A stretch of 64,000 nt of DNA from Stutzerimonas stutzeri (GTDB taxonomy: Bacteria > Pseudomonadota > Gammaproteobacteria > Pseudomonadales > Pseudomonadaceae): assembly GCA_002387205.1 (NCBI GenBank), contig DGLA01000001.1:77549-141548 (forward strand). The letters are read 5' to 3'. Of this stretch, positions 43,220 to 53,556 are shown in pieces; position 1 is the stretch's first letter; each line of letters starts with the position of its first letter. A model generated the notes under the pieces. The model saw only the letters and a list, made by a program, of their open reading frames with translations, had not been told where the DNA came from and ran no database searches. The position numbers and the translations under genes are program-made.

Positions 43220-43371
43220 TGATTTCGTTCCAACAAATGAGAATGGCAAGCAGCCTAACGATTTCGAATCTCGCGATATAGGGCCGTTCCGGCAAAAACC
43301 TATTGACTGAAAATCATGAATAAGTGCCGCTTTATTGCGTTAGGCTGCATGCCTTTCTTCCGGAGCAGCCC

Positions 43372-43692
43372 ATGAGCGAACCCTGTGCTTTCATTCTCCA
43401 CGCCCATACCCGGCCAGAAAAATCCGCTGAATTCGAAGCATTGTTCAAGCGCTACGTAGCCCCTAGCCGAGCGGAAGCAGGCTGCATCGAGTACCACATG
43501 CTGCGCGATGCCAAAGACCCAACGTTGTTCATCTTCTACGAGGTCTGGGAATCGGCCGAGCATCTCGAGGCTCACAGTGCACTGCCGCATATGCGTAGCT
43601 TCAGTGAACAACGGATGGATTACCTGACTCGCGATTTCGAGATCCGGCCGGTCCATATGCTGAGCCCGGCGTCCGCCAACCGGAACGCGTAA
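43372..43692 (+). CDS. ABM-domain putative quinol monooxygenase
   Basis: SRAEAGCIEY, FYEVWES...HLEAH; GGAG RBS. Confidence 0.85.
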   Translation: MSEPCAFILHAHTRPEKSAEFEALFKRYVAPSRAEAGCIEYHMLRDAKDPTLFIFYEVWESAEHLEAHSALPHMRSFSEQRMDYLTRDFEIRPVHMLSPASANRNA

Positions 43693-43856
43693 CCGGCTGC
43701 GGCAAACAGTTGTGCATTTGCAACAGCGGTACAGCTCGGCCATCAGCCCAACTGAACCAGCACAATTCCAAGTCCCTGTGACTGTATCGCAACAGTCCGG
43801 CACGCGACTCTATCTGCCCATAACCCATCCCCGTTTACTTCGGGAAGGAGCGGCAC

Positions 43857-44057
43857 ATGGAGCGCGTACTGACTCGCAGACTCATACCCACGTTCGGCAC
43901 CCTATCGCTACGGCACATACCAGAACTGATTCGCCTATGGCAGAAGCGAACACGTACTCGCCGCCAGCTGGCAGCGCTCAATGACCGTCAACTGGCGGAC
44001 ATCGGCATTAGCCACAGCGAGCGGCAGGACGAGCTGAGCAAGCCTTTCTGGCGCTGA
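43857..44057 (+). CDS. DUF1127 small protein
   Basis: RTRRQLAALNDRQLADIGIS...KPFWR. Confidence 0.88.
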   Translation: MERVLTRRLIPTFGTLSLRHIPELIRLWQKRTRTRRQLAALNDRQLADIGISHSERQDELSKPFWR

Positions 44058-44162
44058 CGGCATCTTCCGGGTGATAGCCTCGCGTCGTAAGCTGAACGGC
44101 ATGGCCCGCGCGACGGTCAAATCGACTATCGGCGGGAAATCGCGTCTAGCCTGGAGAACATC

Positions 44163-44480
44163 ATGAACAAGTATCTGTTGTCAGTTGCCACCGCTGCCTG
44201 CCTGGCCGCAGGGACGGCGTCGGCCGGGAGTATCACCGGCACCATCGACGCTATCGGCGCCTCCCTGGTCAATACAGTGGAAGGCACATCCGACATCACC
44301 TCGAACCTGGGTGATGACAAGGTTGTACTGGAAGCTCGTGACGATGCAGCCCGCTTCGTGGCCAGCAACGGCGAGGCGCGTGGCGCTCAGCTGGAAGCTG
44401 CCCTGCAACACATCCGTACCCAGGCCCCAGCGTTGGAAGCAAGCGACCTGCAGCTGGCCGGCGCAATCCTGGCGCTCTGA
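44163..44480 (+). CDS. DUF2388-like secreted small protein, copy 1
   Basis: Signal peptide; ARDDAARFVASNGEARGAQLEAAL...DLQLAGAIL. Confidence 0.85.
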   Translation: MNKYLLSVATAACLAAGTASAGSITGTIDAIGASLVNTVEGTSDITSNLGDDKVVLEARDDAARFVASNGEARGAQLEAALQHIRTQAPALEASDLQLAGAILAL

Positions 44481-44563
44481 CAGAGGTGACGCGAGCGTGG
44501 CGCTGGCCCAAGGGCCGGCGTTTCGCTAGCCTTGGCAGCTGTTGTTTCGGCTCCAGGATTCAC

Positions 44564-44857
44564 ATGCGTTCGCTTTACCTTGCACTCTTCAGCTGCTGCC
44601 TTTGCAATAGCGCCCAGGCGTTTGACAGCCTGACCGGCGGTACCGTCGCCTTCAGCTACGTTGCCAGCCAGGTGACCAGCGCCCCCTTCGACAATAAGCT
44701 CATCCTCGACTCGCGCGATGACGCAGCCGGATTCATCGCCAGCCACGGCGAACGTCGTGGTGCGCGTCTTGAAGCCGCACTGCTCTGGTTACGTGAACGG
44801 CAACCGGGGCTGGAAGCGAGCGACCTTGAACTGGCCGAAGCAATCCTCGTCCAATGA
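44564..44857 (+). CDS. DUF2388-like secreted small protein, copy 2
   Basis: Signal peptide ending AQA; SRDDAAGFIASHGERRGARLEAAL...DLELAEAIL. Confidence 0.83.
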   Translation: MRSLYLALFSCCLCNSAQAFDSLTGGTVAFSYVASQVTSAPFDNKLILDSRDDAAGFIASHGERRGARLEAALLWLRERQPGLEASDLELAEAILVQ

Positions 44858-44882
44858 CCCACTCTGATTTACGAGAAGTTCC

Positions 44883-45203
44883 ATGAAACTCAAGCTGATC
44901 GCCGTGTCATTCGCGCTGGCATTTGTCGCCAGCGGCGCCCAGGCGCAGACCCTGGTTGCCACCAGCAACATCGTCGTCAACGCGCTGGATCGCAGCATCA
45001 ATTTCACCTCCGACGTGACCAGCCGCATCAGCGACATGAAGGTCGTCAGCGAAGCCCGCGACGAAGCCGCCGGCTTTGTCGCCAGCGGGGGTGAAATTCG
45101 TGGCGCGCGGCTGGAAGCCGCGCTCGGCCGCTTGCGTAGTGCATTCCCAGAAGCCCAGCGAGCCAGTGACCTGGCGCTGGCCGAAGCCATCCTCGCTCAG
45201 TGA
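44883..45203 (+). CDS. DUF2388-like secreted small protein, copy 3
   Basis: Signal peptide ending AQA; ARDEAAGFVASGGEIRGARLEAAL...DLALAEAIL. Confidence 0.85.
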   Translation: MKLKLIAVSFALAFVASGAQAQTLVATSNIVVNALDRSINFTSDVTSRISDMKVVSEARDEAAGFVASGGEIRGARLEAALGRLRSAFPEAQRASDLALAEAILAQ

Positions 45204-47167
45204 AAACGCCCCGCGCCTGGTGTGCAGCCGTTGCGCTCACCGCGCTCACGATGTTTGCCAACCTCTGTCAGGCCGACCTGCGCCTGAGGCTGGATAACGA
45301 CGACCTGGAACCGGTTCAACGCGCATCCAGCCAGCAACTACTGGACGAAGCCATGGCCGCGCTGCCTCCGCGGATGGTCGAGCAGCTCGACCGCGAGGTT
45401 CGCGTGCGCTGGCATGATGGACTGACCCACGACGTCTACGGCAGTGCCGGCGGCAACCTGGTGCTGCTCAACCGGCGCCTGCTGCCGGCACTGACCGATG
45501 GCAGCGCGGCCATTGAACGCACGAGTCGACCACATGGCACGGTACGCCGGGAGCTGCTGGCGACCCTGGTGCACGAAGTTGCCCATCTGTACGACCGCGC
45601 TCGTCTCTGGTCGCCAGAAAATTACAGACAGCTCGCCTTATGCAGCCAACGGGCCAGCAGTCTTGGCCAGGTCGGATTGCCCGACAGCTGTCGCGGCCAG
45701 ACCGAACGTCGCTTCACCTTAAGCGATGACCCACGCCTTCTCGACCTAGCCGGCTGGCCCCAGCGCGTTGGCCGGCGCGGCGAGCGCGAGCAGGATAACG
45801 CCCAGGTCGCACGCAGCCCTGACGGCTACGAGCTGACCAGCCCGCTGGAATTCGTCGCGGTGAACCTTGAGTACTTTCTCCTCGATCCCAGCTATGCCTG
45901 CCGTCGCCCCCTGCTGCATCGCTACTTCAGCGAGCATTTCGGCTGGCAACCGGAGGGCGTCCAGGCGTGTGAAGGCAATCTGCCGATCCTCAATGCCGGG
46001 CATGATTTCGGCCGCACGCCGCTGGTAACGCTGGACCCCGAGCGAGTCTTTGAGGTGGACTACCTGTTCGCCGAAGCCAACGACGCCTGGGTCAGTCGTT
46101 GGGGCCACAGCATGCTGCGCCTGGTGATCTGCGCACCGGGCCGTCCGCGCGGGCCTGCTTGCCGCCTGGACCTTGATCATCACCTGGTCCTGTCGTTCCG
46201 TGCCTTTGTCGGTGACGTGCAGCTGTCGAGCTGGGATGGTCTGACCGGTGTCTACCCATCGCGCCTGTTCGTCCTGCCGCTGGGCCAAGTGATCGATGAG
46301 TACACCAAGGTCGAACTGCGCAGCCTCGCCTCGATCCCGCTGAAACTAGAGCGCGATGAAATAAGAAGCCTTGTCGAACGCAGCGCTGAAATGCATTGGA
46401 GCTACGATGGGGATTATTACTTCCTGTCCAACAACTGCGCCGTGGAGACCCTCAAGCTGCTGCGCAGCGGCACCGCACGGCCCGAGCTCACTGCACTGGA
46501 CAGCATTCTGCCCAGCGGCCTGCTGGAAATCCTGATCAACCGGGGCCTCGCTGACGCCAGCGTACTCGACGACCCGCGCGAAGCACTGCGCCTGGGTTAT
46601 CGCTTCGACTCTTATCGTGATCGCTACGAGGCCATGTTCTCTGTCCTGCGCGAGCGTCTCGGACTGCCCCAGACCGACGTCGAGCAATGGCTCGCGCTAG
46701 GTGCCGACGAGCGCCGTCCATGGATCGAAAAAGCCGACCTGCGCGCCAGTGCCGCGCTGCTGCTGGTCGAGCAGGCTGCGTTGCGGCGGCACGTGCTGCT
46801 GGCGCAGGAAGAACTGAAGAATCGCTATCTCAGCGGCCGCGAGCGAGGCGACAACGACCTGGCCAAGGCTGACGAAACCCTGCAGGGCATCCTGGCCAGC
46901 AGCGGATTTCTCAGTCGCCCTGCCGAGTTACTCGATGGCAGCGGCTACGGCCTGCCACAGGCCAGCGAGTGGCAACGCCTGGAGCAGGAGAGTAGCCAGC
47001 GCCAGGCAAGGTTGAACCAGCTGACAGAGAGCTTGAATGACGAGGTCCGACTGCTGCTTGGCAAGGAGCTTCAACACGAACTGGATGCAGTGGAAGCCAA
47101 CCTGACGCAGATCGGCAGCCACCTGCGCAGCCTGCACAAGGCCAGCGGCGGCGTCCAGCTGCCCTGA
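45200..47167 (+). CDS. Exported DUF4105-domain protein with N-terminal HEXXH zinc-peptidase-like domain
   Basis: Signal peptide; LVHEVAH; WGHSMLR and YYFLSNNCA; GTGA overlap with the upstream gene. Confidence 0.82.
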   Translation: MKTPRAWCAAVALTALTMFANLCQADLRLRLDNDDLEPVQRASSQQLLDEAMAALPPRMVEQLDREVRVRWHDGLTHDVYGSAGGNLVLLNRRLLPALTDGSAAIERTSRPHGTVRRELLATLVHEVAHLYDRARLWSPENYRQLALCSQRASSLGQVGLPDSCRGQTERRFTLSDDPRLLDLAGWPQRVGRRGEREQDNAQVARSPDGYELTSPLEFVAVNLEYFLLDPSYACRRPLLHRYFSEHFGWQPEGVQACEGNLPILNAGHDFGRTPLVTLDPERVFEVDYLFAEANDAWVSRWGHSMLRLVICAPGRPRGPACRLDLDHHLVLSFRAFVGDVQLSSWDGLTGVYPSRLFVLPLGQVIDEYTKVELRSLASIPLKLERDEIRSLVERSAEMHWSYDGDYYFLSNNCAVETLKLLRSGTARPELTALDSILPSGLLEILINRGLADASVLDDPREALRLGYRFDSYRDRYEAMFSVLRERLGLPQTDVEQWLALGADERRPWIEKADLRASAALLLVEQAALRRHVLLAQEELKNRYLSGRERGDNDLAKADETLQGILASSGFLSRPAELLDGSGYGLPQASEWQRLEQESSQRQARLNQLTESLNDEVRLLLGKELQHELDAVEANLTQIGSHLRSLHKASGGVQLP

Positions 47168-47176
47168 CAGCCAAAT

Positions 47177-47265
47177 GACGGAAGCGCCTGCGGCGATTCC
47201 ATCCTACGAAAGGCATCCACAAGCCGCGCCAACGTAGGCTGGATTAGCCGCAGGCGTAATCCGAC
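47177..47265. repeat. REP doublet, copy A
   Basis: GACGGAAGCGCC..GGCGATTCC.TCCTAC and GTAGG..GGATTAGCCG.AGGCGTAATCCGAC; near-identical to 53557-53643. Confidence 0.8.
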
Positions 47266-47323
47266 ATTCGAGAAGGCACATCCGACGCCAAACAGGCGCC
47301 ACCCACCTGCTTTTATCAGGACG

Positions 47324-47452
47324 AAAAAAAACCTCGAACTTCGTTGGGGGAGGGGGAAGTTCGAGGTTCAAGTCCGGAACGCCATAGGCGTATCCAGAGA
47401 TCTGCCAACACTTAACACAACAAGGAGCATCGAAGAGCTTTTACACCCTTCG
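47324..47452 (-). ncRNA. ersA: ErsA-like (Spot 42-like) small RNA
   Basis: Downstream of polA; contains CTTCGATGCTCCTT...GTGTTGGCAGA; ends in hairpin AACCTCGAACTTC/GAAGTTCGAGGTT plus T-run; sigmaE-type promoter upstream. Similarity recalled, not searched. Confidence 0.75.
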
Positions 47453-47457
47453 TAGCC

Positions 47458-47485
47458 TATGACCAGGCTTTAGATCCGCGAGTTC
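47458..47485 (-). promoter_or_regulatory. AlgU/sigmaE-type promoter of the sRNA
   Basis: GAACTC-N17-TCATA on the minus strand. Confidence 0.62.
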
Positions 47486-47665
47486 AATACGAAACGAAAT
47501 TATTTTAAAGAATCGAGGAGAACTGCTCTAAAACGGAGCATCGCGCCGCGTCACGACAGCCCAGCGGCGCCCTTTCGAGACGCAAGAAACTGCCTCTTTT
47601 CGCTCAGGGGAACCGAGCACCCTAACAGAGGGCACGTCAGCGGCATCCCCGGTTGCTTTCCTGCC

Positions 47666-50410
47666 TCAGTGTGCCTCGTCCCAGTTGTTGCCAACCCCAG
47701 CCTCGACCAGCAGCGGCACATCCAGCTGCGCGGCCCCGCTCATCAGCGGCAGGATTTTTTCACGAACCTGTTGGACCAGATCTTCCCGAACCTCGACCAC
47801 CAGTTCGTCGTGCACCTGGAGGATGACGCGCGCATCCAACCCGCTCTCCTGCAGCCAGTTATCCACCGCGATCATGGCGCGCTTGATGATGTCCGCCGCG
47901 GTGCCCTGCATCGGTGCGTTGATCGCCGTGCGCTCGGCGCCTTTGCGCATGGCGCCGTTCTTCGAATTAATCTCCGGCAGATACAACCGACGGCCGAACA
48001 GCGTCTCGACGAACCCCTGCTCCGCTGCTTGCGTGCGGGTGCGCTCCATATAGGCGAGCACGCCGGGATAGCGGGCGAAGTAGCGGTCGATGTAGGCCTG
48101 GGCTTCGCCGCGACCGACATCGATCTGCTTGGCCAGCCCGAACGCGCTCATGCCATAAATCAGCCCGAAGTTGATCGCCTTGGCGCTGCGTCTCTGGTCG
48201 TTGCTTACCTGATCCAGCTCGACGCCGAACACTTCCGCGGCGGTGGCGCGGTGCACGTCCAGGTCGTTCTGGAAGGCATGCAGCAGACCGGCGTCCTGCG
48301 CCAGGTGCGCCATGATGCGCAGCTCGATCTGCGAGTAATCCGCCGCCAGGAGCTTGTAGCCCGGTGCGGCGACGAAGGCCTGGCGAATGCGCCGCCCCTC
48401 GGCAGTGCGGATCGGGATGTTCTGCAGGTTCGGATCTGACGATGACAACCGCCCGGTCGCCGTCACGGCCTGATGGTAGCTGGTGTGAATGCGTCCGGTG
48501 CGCGGATTGATCTGCAACGGCAGCTTGTCGGTGTAGGTGCCCTTGAGCTTGCTCAGGGAACGGTGCTGCATGATCACCTTGGGCAGCGGGTAATCCTTTT
48601 CGGCCAGATCGGCGAGCACGCTTTCAGCGGTGGACGGCTGGCCGCCGGCGGTCTTCGACAGTATCGGACAGCCGAGCTTGTCATAGAGGATTGCGCAGAG
48701 CTGCTTGGGCGAGCCGAGGTTGAACTCCTCGCCGGCGATGTCATAGGCCTCGCGCTCCAGCTCGACAAGCTTGTTGCCGATCTCGACGCTCTGCAGCCCC
48801 AGCAGGTTGGCATCGACCAGCGCACCGTTGCGCTCGATGCGCGCCAGCACCGGCACCAGCGGCATCTCGATTTCGTTGAGCACCTTGAGCAGCGACGGCG
48901 TGGCTTCGAGCTTGCTCATCAGGGTCTGGTGCAGGCGCAGGGTGACGTCGGCGTCCTCGGCAGCGTAGGGCCCGGCCTGCTCGACGGCGATCTGGTCGAA
49001 GGTCAGCTGCTTGGCGCCCTTGCCGGCGATGTCCTCGAAGCGGATGGTGCCGCGGCCGAGGTACTTGAGCGCCAGACTGTCCATGTCGTGACGCGTGGCC
49101 GTGGCGTCGAGCACATAGGATTCGAGCATGGTATCGAAGGTCATGCCGCGCATCTCGATGCCGTAGTGCATCAGCACGTTCATGTCGTACTTGCCGTGCT
49201 GGCAGATCTTGCGCTTGCCGGCATCCTCCAGCAGCGGCTTGAGCGCCGCGAGCACGGCGTCGCGATCGAGCTGCTGCGGCACACCCATGTAGCTGTGGGC
49301 CAGCGGCACATAGGCTGCCTTGCCCGCTTCGATGGCAAAGGAGACGCCAACCAGCTGCGCCTTTTGCGCGTCCAGGCTGGTGGTCTCGGTATCGAAGGCG
49401 AAGCACTCGGCCGCCTTCAGGCGTTCGAGCCAGGCATCGAACTCGGCCTGCTCGAAGATGGTGCTGTATTCGGCTTCTGCCTGGATCGAGCAACCCTCGG
49501 GCTGCACCTCGCAGTTTTCCCCGGCAGCCTTCGCATCGCGCAGCAGTTCTTCGAGCCAGTTCTTGAATTCCAGCTCGCGGTAGAGCGCGATCAGCGCTTC
49601 GCGGTGCGGCTCGCCCGGCATCAGGTCGCCCACTTCCACGTCCAGCGGCACGTCGATCTTGATGGTCGCAAGCTCGTAGGACATGAACGCCGCCTCGCGG
49701 TGCTCCTCCAGCTTGGCAGCCAGCGACTTGGCACCGCGAATCGGCAGGTCGCAAACCTTGTCGAGATTCTCGTAGAGCCCCTTGATCCCACCGGGGATGC
49801 CGTTGAGCAGGCCACAGGCGGTCTTCTCGCCGACACCGGGCACGCCCGGGATGTTGTCGACCTTGTCACCCATCAGGGCGAGGAAGTCGATGATCAGCTC
49901 CGGGCCAACGCCGAACTTGTTCTTCACACCTTCGATGTCATAGACGCTACCGGTCATGGTATTGACCAGGGTGACGTGCGGGCAGACCAGCTGCGCCATG
50001 TCCTTGTCGCCGGTGGAGATGATCACGTCGCGCTTGAGCGCGGCACACTGACGCGCCAATGTTCCAATCACGTCGTCCGCCTCGACGCCATCGACGCACA
50101 GCAGTGGCATGCCCAGTGCACGCACGCTGGCGTGCAGCGGCTCGACCTGACCGCGCAGGTCATCGGGCATTGGCGGACGGTGGGACTTGTAGTCAGCGAA
50201 CAGCGTGTCGCGGAAGGTCGGGCCCTTGGCATCGAAAACCACCGCGAAGGGGCTGTCCGGGTATTGCCGGCGCAGTGACAACAGCATGTTCAACACGCCC
50301 TTGACCGCCCCGGTGGGCTTGCCTGTCGAGGTGGTCAGGGGCGGCAGGGCGTGAAAGGCGCGGTAGAGGTAGGACGAACCGTCCACCAGAACGAGGGGCG
50401 CTTGGCTCAT
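47666..50410 (-). CDS. polA: DNA polymerase I
   Basis: [47 protein letters not shown]. Confidence 0.98.
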   Translation of the reverse strand: MSQAPLVLVDGSSYLYRAFHALPPLTTSTGKPTGAVKGVLNMLLSLRRQYPDSPFAVVFDAKGPTFRDTLFADYKSHRPPMPDDLRGQVEPLHASVRALGMPLLCVDGVEADDVIGTLARQCAALKRDVIISTGDKDMAQLVCPHVTLVNTMTGSVYDIEGVKNKFGVGPELIIDFLALMGDKVDNIPGVPGVGEKTACGLLNGIPGGIKGLYENLDKVCDLPIRGAKSLAAKLEEHREAAFMSYELATIKIDVPLDVEVGDLMPGEPHREALIALYRELEFKNWLEELLRDAKAAGENCEVQPEGCSIQAEAEYSTIFEQAEFDAWLERLKAAECFAFDTETTSLDAQKAQLVGVSFAIEAGKAAYVPLAHSYMGVPQQLDRDAVLAALKPLLEDAGKRKICQHGKYDMNVLMHYGIEMRGMTFDTMLESYVLDATATRHDMDSLALKYLGRGTIRFEDIAGKGAKQLTFDQIAVEQAGPYAAEDADVTLRLHQTLMSKLEATPSLLKVLNEIEMPLVPVLARIERNGALVDANLLGLQSVEIGNKLVELEREAYDIAGEEFNLGSPKQLCAILYDKLGCPILSKTAGGQPSTAESVLADLAEKDYPLPKVIMQHRSLSKLKGTYTDKLPLQINPRTGRIHTSYHQAVTATGRLSSSDPNLQNIPIRTAEGRRIRQAFVAAPGYKLLAADYSQIELRIMAHLAQDAGLLHAFQNDLDVHRATAAEVFGVELDQVSNDQRRSAKAINFGLIYGMSAFGLAKQIDVGRGEAQAYIDRYFARYPGVLAYMERTRTQAAEQGFVETLFGRRLYLPEINSKNGAMRKGAERTAINAPMQGTAADIIKRAMIAVDNWLQESGLDARVILQVHDELVVEVREDLVQQVREKILPLMSGAAQLDVPLLVEAGVGNNWDEAH

Positions 50411-50486
50411 GAGCAGGATCAACCTTTTCGGCGGGCCCGCGGCTAGAATGCATCGGACCACTTGACGACAAAGGGACAAGGTTATC

Positions 50487-50768
50487 ATGCGCACAATCAA
50501 ACCTCTGATGCTGGCCGGCCTGCTGGCCCTGGCACCGCTGAGCGGTTATGCCCAGGAGCCCGTCGAAGGCGAGCCCGACGTGACGATCCGCCAGGAAGGC
50601 GAGCGCACGGTCGAGGAATATCGCGTCAACGGCTTCCTTTATGCGGTAAAGATCACCCCGAAGAACGGCAAGCCCTATTTTCTCGTGCGAGCCGACGGCG
50701 ACAGCAATTTCATTCGTGCCGACAGGCCGGATATGCTCATCCCAGCCTGGGAAATCTTCAGCTGGTAA
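50487..50768 (+). CDS. DUF2782-like exported protein
   Basis: Signal peptide; [17 protein letters not shown]-terminal WEIFSW. Confidence 0.85.
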   Translation: MRTIKPLMLAGLLALAPLSGYAQEPVEGEPDVTIRQEGERTVEEYRVNGFLYAVKITPKNGKPYFLVRADGDSNFIRADRPDMLIPAWEIFSW

Positions 50769-50800
50769 GCTGTCGCTTGCACACGTAATGGAAGTCACTC

Positions 50801-51751
50801 ATGTCGGTATTCACCCCCCTGCAACGCGAAGAACTCGAGATATTTCTGGCGCCCTATGGACTTGGACGCCTGCGTAGCTTCGAGGGCATTGCCGCCGGCA
50901 GCGAGAACAGCAACTTCTTCATTAGCCTAGAGCAGGGCGAATATGTTCTGACCCTGATCGAGCGCGGGCCGAGCCAGGACTTGCCATTTTTTGTCGAACT
51001 GCTCGACGTGCTTCACCGCGCCGGCCTGCCAGTGCCCTATGCGCTGCGCACCGACCGCGGCGAAGCCTTGCGCACGCTGGCGGAAAAACCAGCACTGCTG
51101 CAGCCGCGCCTGGCGGGCAAACATGTCGCCTCACCCAATACGCACCACTGCGCCGAAGTGGGCAGGCTGCTGGCCCAGCTGCACCTGGCGACGCGCGACC
51201 AGATCATCGAGCGGCGCAGCGACCGCGGCCTGGACTGGATGCAGGAGGAAGGTCCAGGCCTGGCCCTGTCGATGGGCGAGGACCATTTGCCATTGCTACG
51301 TAACAGCCTGGCCGAGATCGCCGAGCTGAAGCCGAAGATTCTTGCCCTTCCCCGTGCGAACCTGCACGCCGACCTGTTTCGCGACAACCTGCTGTTCGAA
51401 GGCAGCCACCTGACCGGTGTCATCGATTTCTACAACGCCTGCTCGGGACCGATGCTCTACGACATCGCCATAACCGTGAATGACTGGTGCTCGCACCCCA
51501 ACGGCGAAATCGACGAGGCGCGCTGCGAGGCGCTGCTGGCCGCTTACTCCAGCCTGCGCCGCTTCACCCCGGCCGAGGCCGAGCTGTGGCGGCCGATGCT
51601 CCGTGTGGCCTGCGTACGCTTCTGGTTTTCGCGGCTCATCGCTGCGCAAAGGTTCGCTGGTCAACCCGTATTGATCAAGGACCCCGAAGAATTCCGCCGC
51701 ATGCTCAGCGCCCGCCAACACTGCCACAGCGCCCTGCCGTTTGCCTTCTGA
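50801..51751 (+). CDS. thrB: Homoserine kinase, type II
   Basis: GIAAGSENSNF, HADLFRDN, IDFYNAC. Confidence 0.93.
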   Translation: MSVFTPLQREELEIFLAPYGLGRLRSFEGIAAGSENSNFFISLEQGEYVLTLIERGPSQDLPFFVELLDVLHRAGLPVPYALRTDRGEALRTLAEKPALLQPRLAGKHVASPNTHHCAEVGRLLAQLHLATRDQIIERRSDRGLDWMQEEGPGLALSMGEDHLPLLRNSLAEIAELKPKILALPRANLHADLFRDNLLFEGSHLTGVIDFYNACSGPMLYDIAITVNDWCSHPNGEIDEARCEALLAAYSSLRRFTPAEAELWRPMLRVACVRFWFSRLIAAQRFAGQPVLIKDPEEFRRMLSARQHCHSALPFAF

Positions 51752-52163
51752 GCGCAACCCAGAACGCGGTCGCGCCGCGGCTGTGCGCAAACGGCTGGGA
51801 CGGCATTGATATGTGCAATCAAACAGCCATCCTCGTTGTCGAATCCTGCACACCAATCGGTCGTACGGGCTGCATCCAAGCTTTGAGCTCTGCCTCAGCG
51901 GCGATCTCGAGGAACATTTTCATCGGTTCGGCGTCAAGTACACCCCGACCCTGCTCCTCGTTGCGGCTGGGGCTACATGACCGGTCTCAGCCATTCGCCT
52001 GCAGCGACAAGATCCTTCACTGCGATTACCCGCTGTCCAGCACTTGGTGCAACGCCCGTCCGGATGACTTTACTAACGCACCCCTGCCAGAAGCTTGGGC
52101 GCTCAATATCCCGATGCGCCTGGCCGCTCCGGCCGGGCCGCATTGTTTTCAGGGAACACATGC

Positions 52164-53537
52164 ATGACCTCACGCTATGTAATCAATGCCTCGGTTACCC
52201 CGAAAGGTAGTCTGGAGACGCTGTCCCAACGGGAAGTCCAGCAGCTGAGCGAAGCGGGTTGCGGCAGCACCTACACGCTTTTCCGCCAATGCGTTCTGGC
52301 GATCCTCAACACCGGCGCACGTATCGACAACGCCAAGACCATCCTCGAGGCCTACGATGACTTCGAGGTGCGCATCCATCAGCAGGATCGCGGCGTGCGC
52401 CTGGAGCTGCTCAACGCCCCTGCCGATGCCTTCGTCGATGGCGAGATGATCGCCAGCACCCGCGAAATGCTCTTCAGCGCGCTGCGTGACATTGTCTACA
52501 CCGAGAGCGAACTGGGCAGCCCGCGCATCGACCTGAGCAACTCTCAGGGCATCACCGATTACGTCTTCCACCTGCTGCGCAACGCCCGCACGCTGCGCCC
52601 CGGTGTCGAACCGAACATGGTGGTGTGCTGGGGCGGGCACTCGATCAGCACCGAGGAATACAAGTACAGCAAGCGCGTCGGCCATGAGCTGGGCCTGCGC
52701 AACCTGAATATCTGCACCGGTTGCGGCCCGGGTGTGATGAAGGGTCCGATGAAGGGCGCGACCATCGCCCACGCCAAGCAACGCATCGTCGGCGGCCGTT
52801 ACCTGGGCCTGACCGAGCCGGGCATCATCGCTGCCGAGGCGCCGAACCCCATCGTCAACGAACTGGTGATCCTCCCGGATATCGAAAAGCGCCTGGAAGC
52901 CTTCGTCCGCGTCGGTCACGGCATCATCATCTTCCCCGGCGGGGTCGGCACGGCAGAGGAGTTCCTGTATCTGCTTGGCATTCTGCTGCACCCGGACAAC
53001 CGCGACGTGCCTTTCCCCGTCATCCTCACCGGCCCGGAAAGCGCTGCGCCCTATCTGGAGCAGATACGCGATTTCGTCGGCGCCACGCTCGGCGAGAAGG
53101 CACAGGGGCTCTACCAGATCATCATCGACAACCCGACCGAGGTGGCCCGACAGATGTCCGAAGGCTTGAAGGCGGTCAAGCAGTTCCGCCGGGAGCGCAA
53201 CGATGCCTTCCATTTCAACTGGCTGCTGAAGATTGAGGAAGGCTTCCAGCACCCCTTCGACCCTACTCACGAGAACATGGCCAGCCTGCAGCTGACTCGC
53301 GATGTGCCGCCGCATCTGTTGGCGGCGAACCTGCGCCGCGCCTTCTCCGGCATCGTGGCGGGCAACGTCAAGGACAAGGGCATCCGCCGCATCGAAGAGT
53401 TCGGCCGCTACGAGATCCACGGCGACCCGGCGATCATGAAGCCGCTGGACAAGCTGCTACAGGCGTTCGTCGTCCAGCACCGCATGAAACTGCCCGGCGG
53501 CCGCCCCTATGAGCCGTGCTATCGCGTGGTGACCTGA
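52164..53537 (+). CDS. ppnN: Pyrimidine/purine nucleotide 5'-monophosphate nucleosidase (YgdH)
   Basis: VCWGGHSI, TGCGPGVMKGPMKGA, PGGVGTAEE LOG-type motif. Confidence 0.92.
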   Translation: MTSRYVINASVTPKGSLETLSQREVQQLSEAGCGSTYTLFRQCVLAILNTGARIDNAKTILEAYDDFEVRIHQQDRGVRLELLNAPADAFVDGEMIASTREMLFSALRDIVYTESELGSPRIDLSNSQGITDYVFHLLRNARTLRPGVEPNMVVCWGGHSISTEEYKYSKRVGHELGLRNLNICTGCGPGVMKGPMKGATIAHAKQRIVGGRYLGLTEPGIIAAEAPNPIVNELVILPDIEKRLEAFVRVGHGIIIFPGGVGTAEEFLYLLGILLHPDNRDVPFPVILTGPESAAPYLEQIRDFVGATLGEKAQGLYQIIIDNPTEVARQMSEGLKAVKQFRRERNDAFHFNWLLKIEEGFQHPFDPTHENMASLQLTRDVPPHLLAANLRRAFSGIVAGNVKDKGIRRIEEFGRYEIHGDPAIMKPLDKLLQAFVVQHRMKLPGGRPYEPCYRVVT

Positions 53538-53556
53538 GGTCCTGTACGCGGTAAAC

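Noticed and set aside
51813..51980. 55-aa GTG ORF ending FGVKYTPTLLLV, faintly thioredoxin-like
   Set aside because: No RBS, no CxxC and atypical codons; cannot be supported as a gene or pseudogene.
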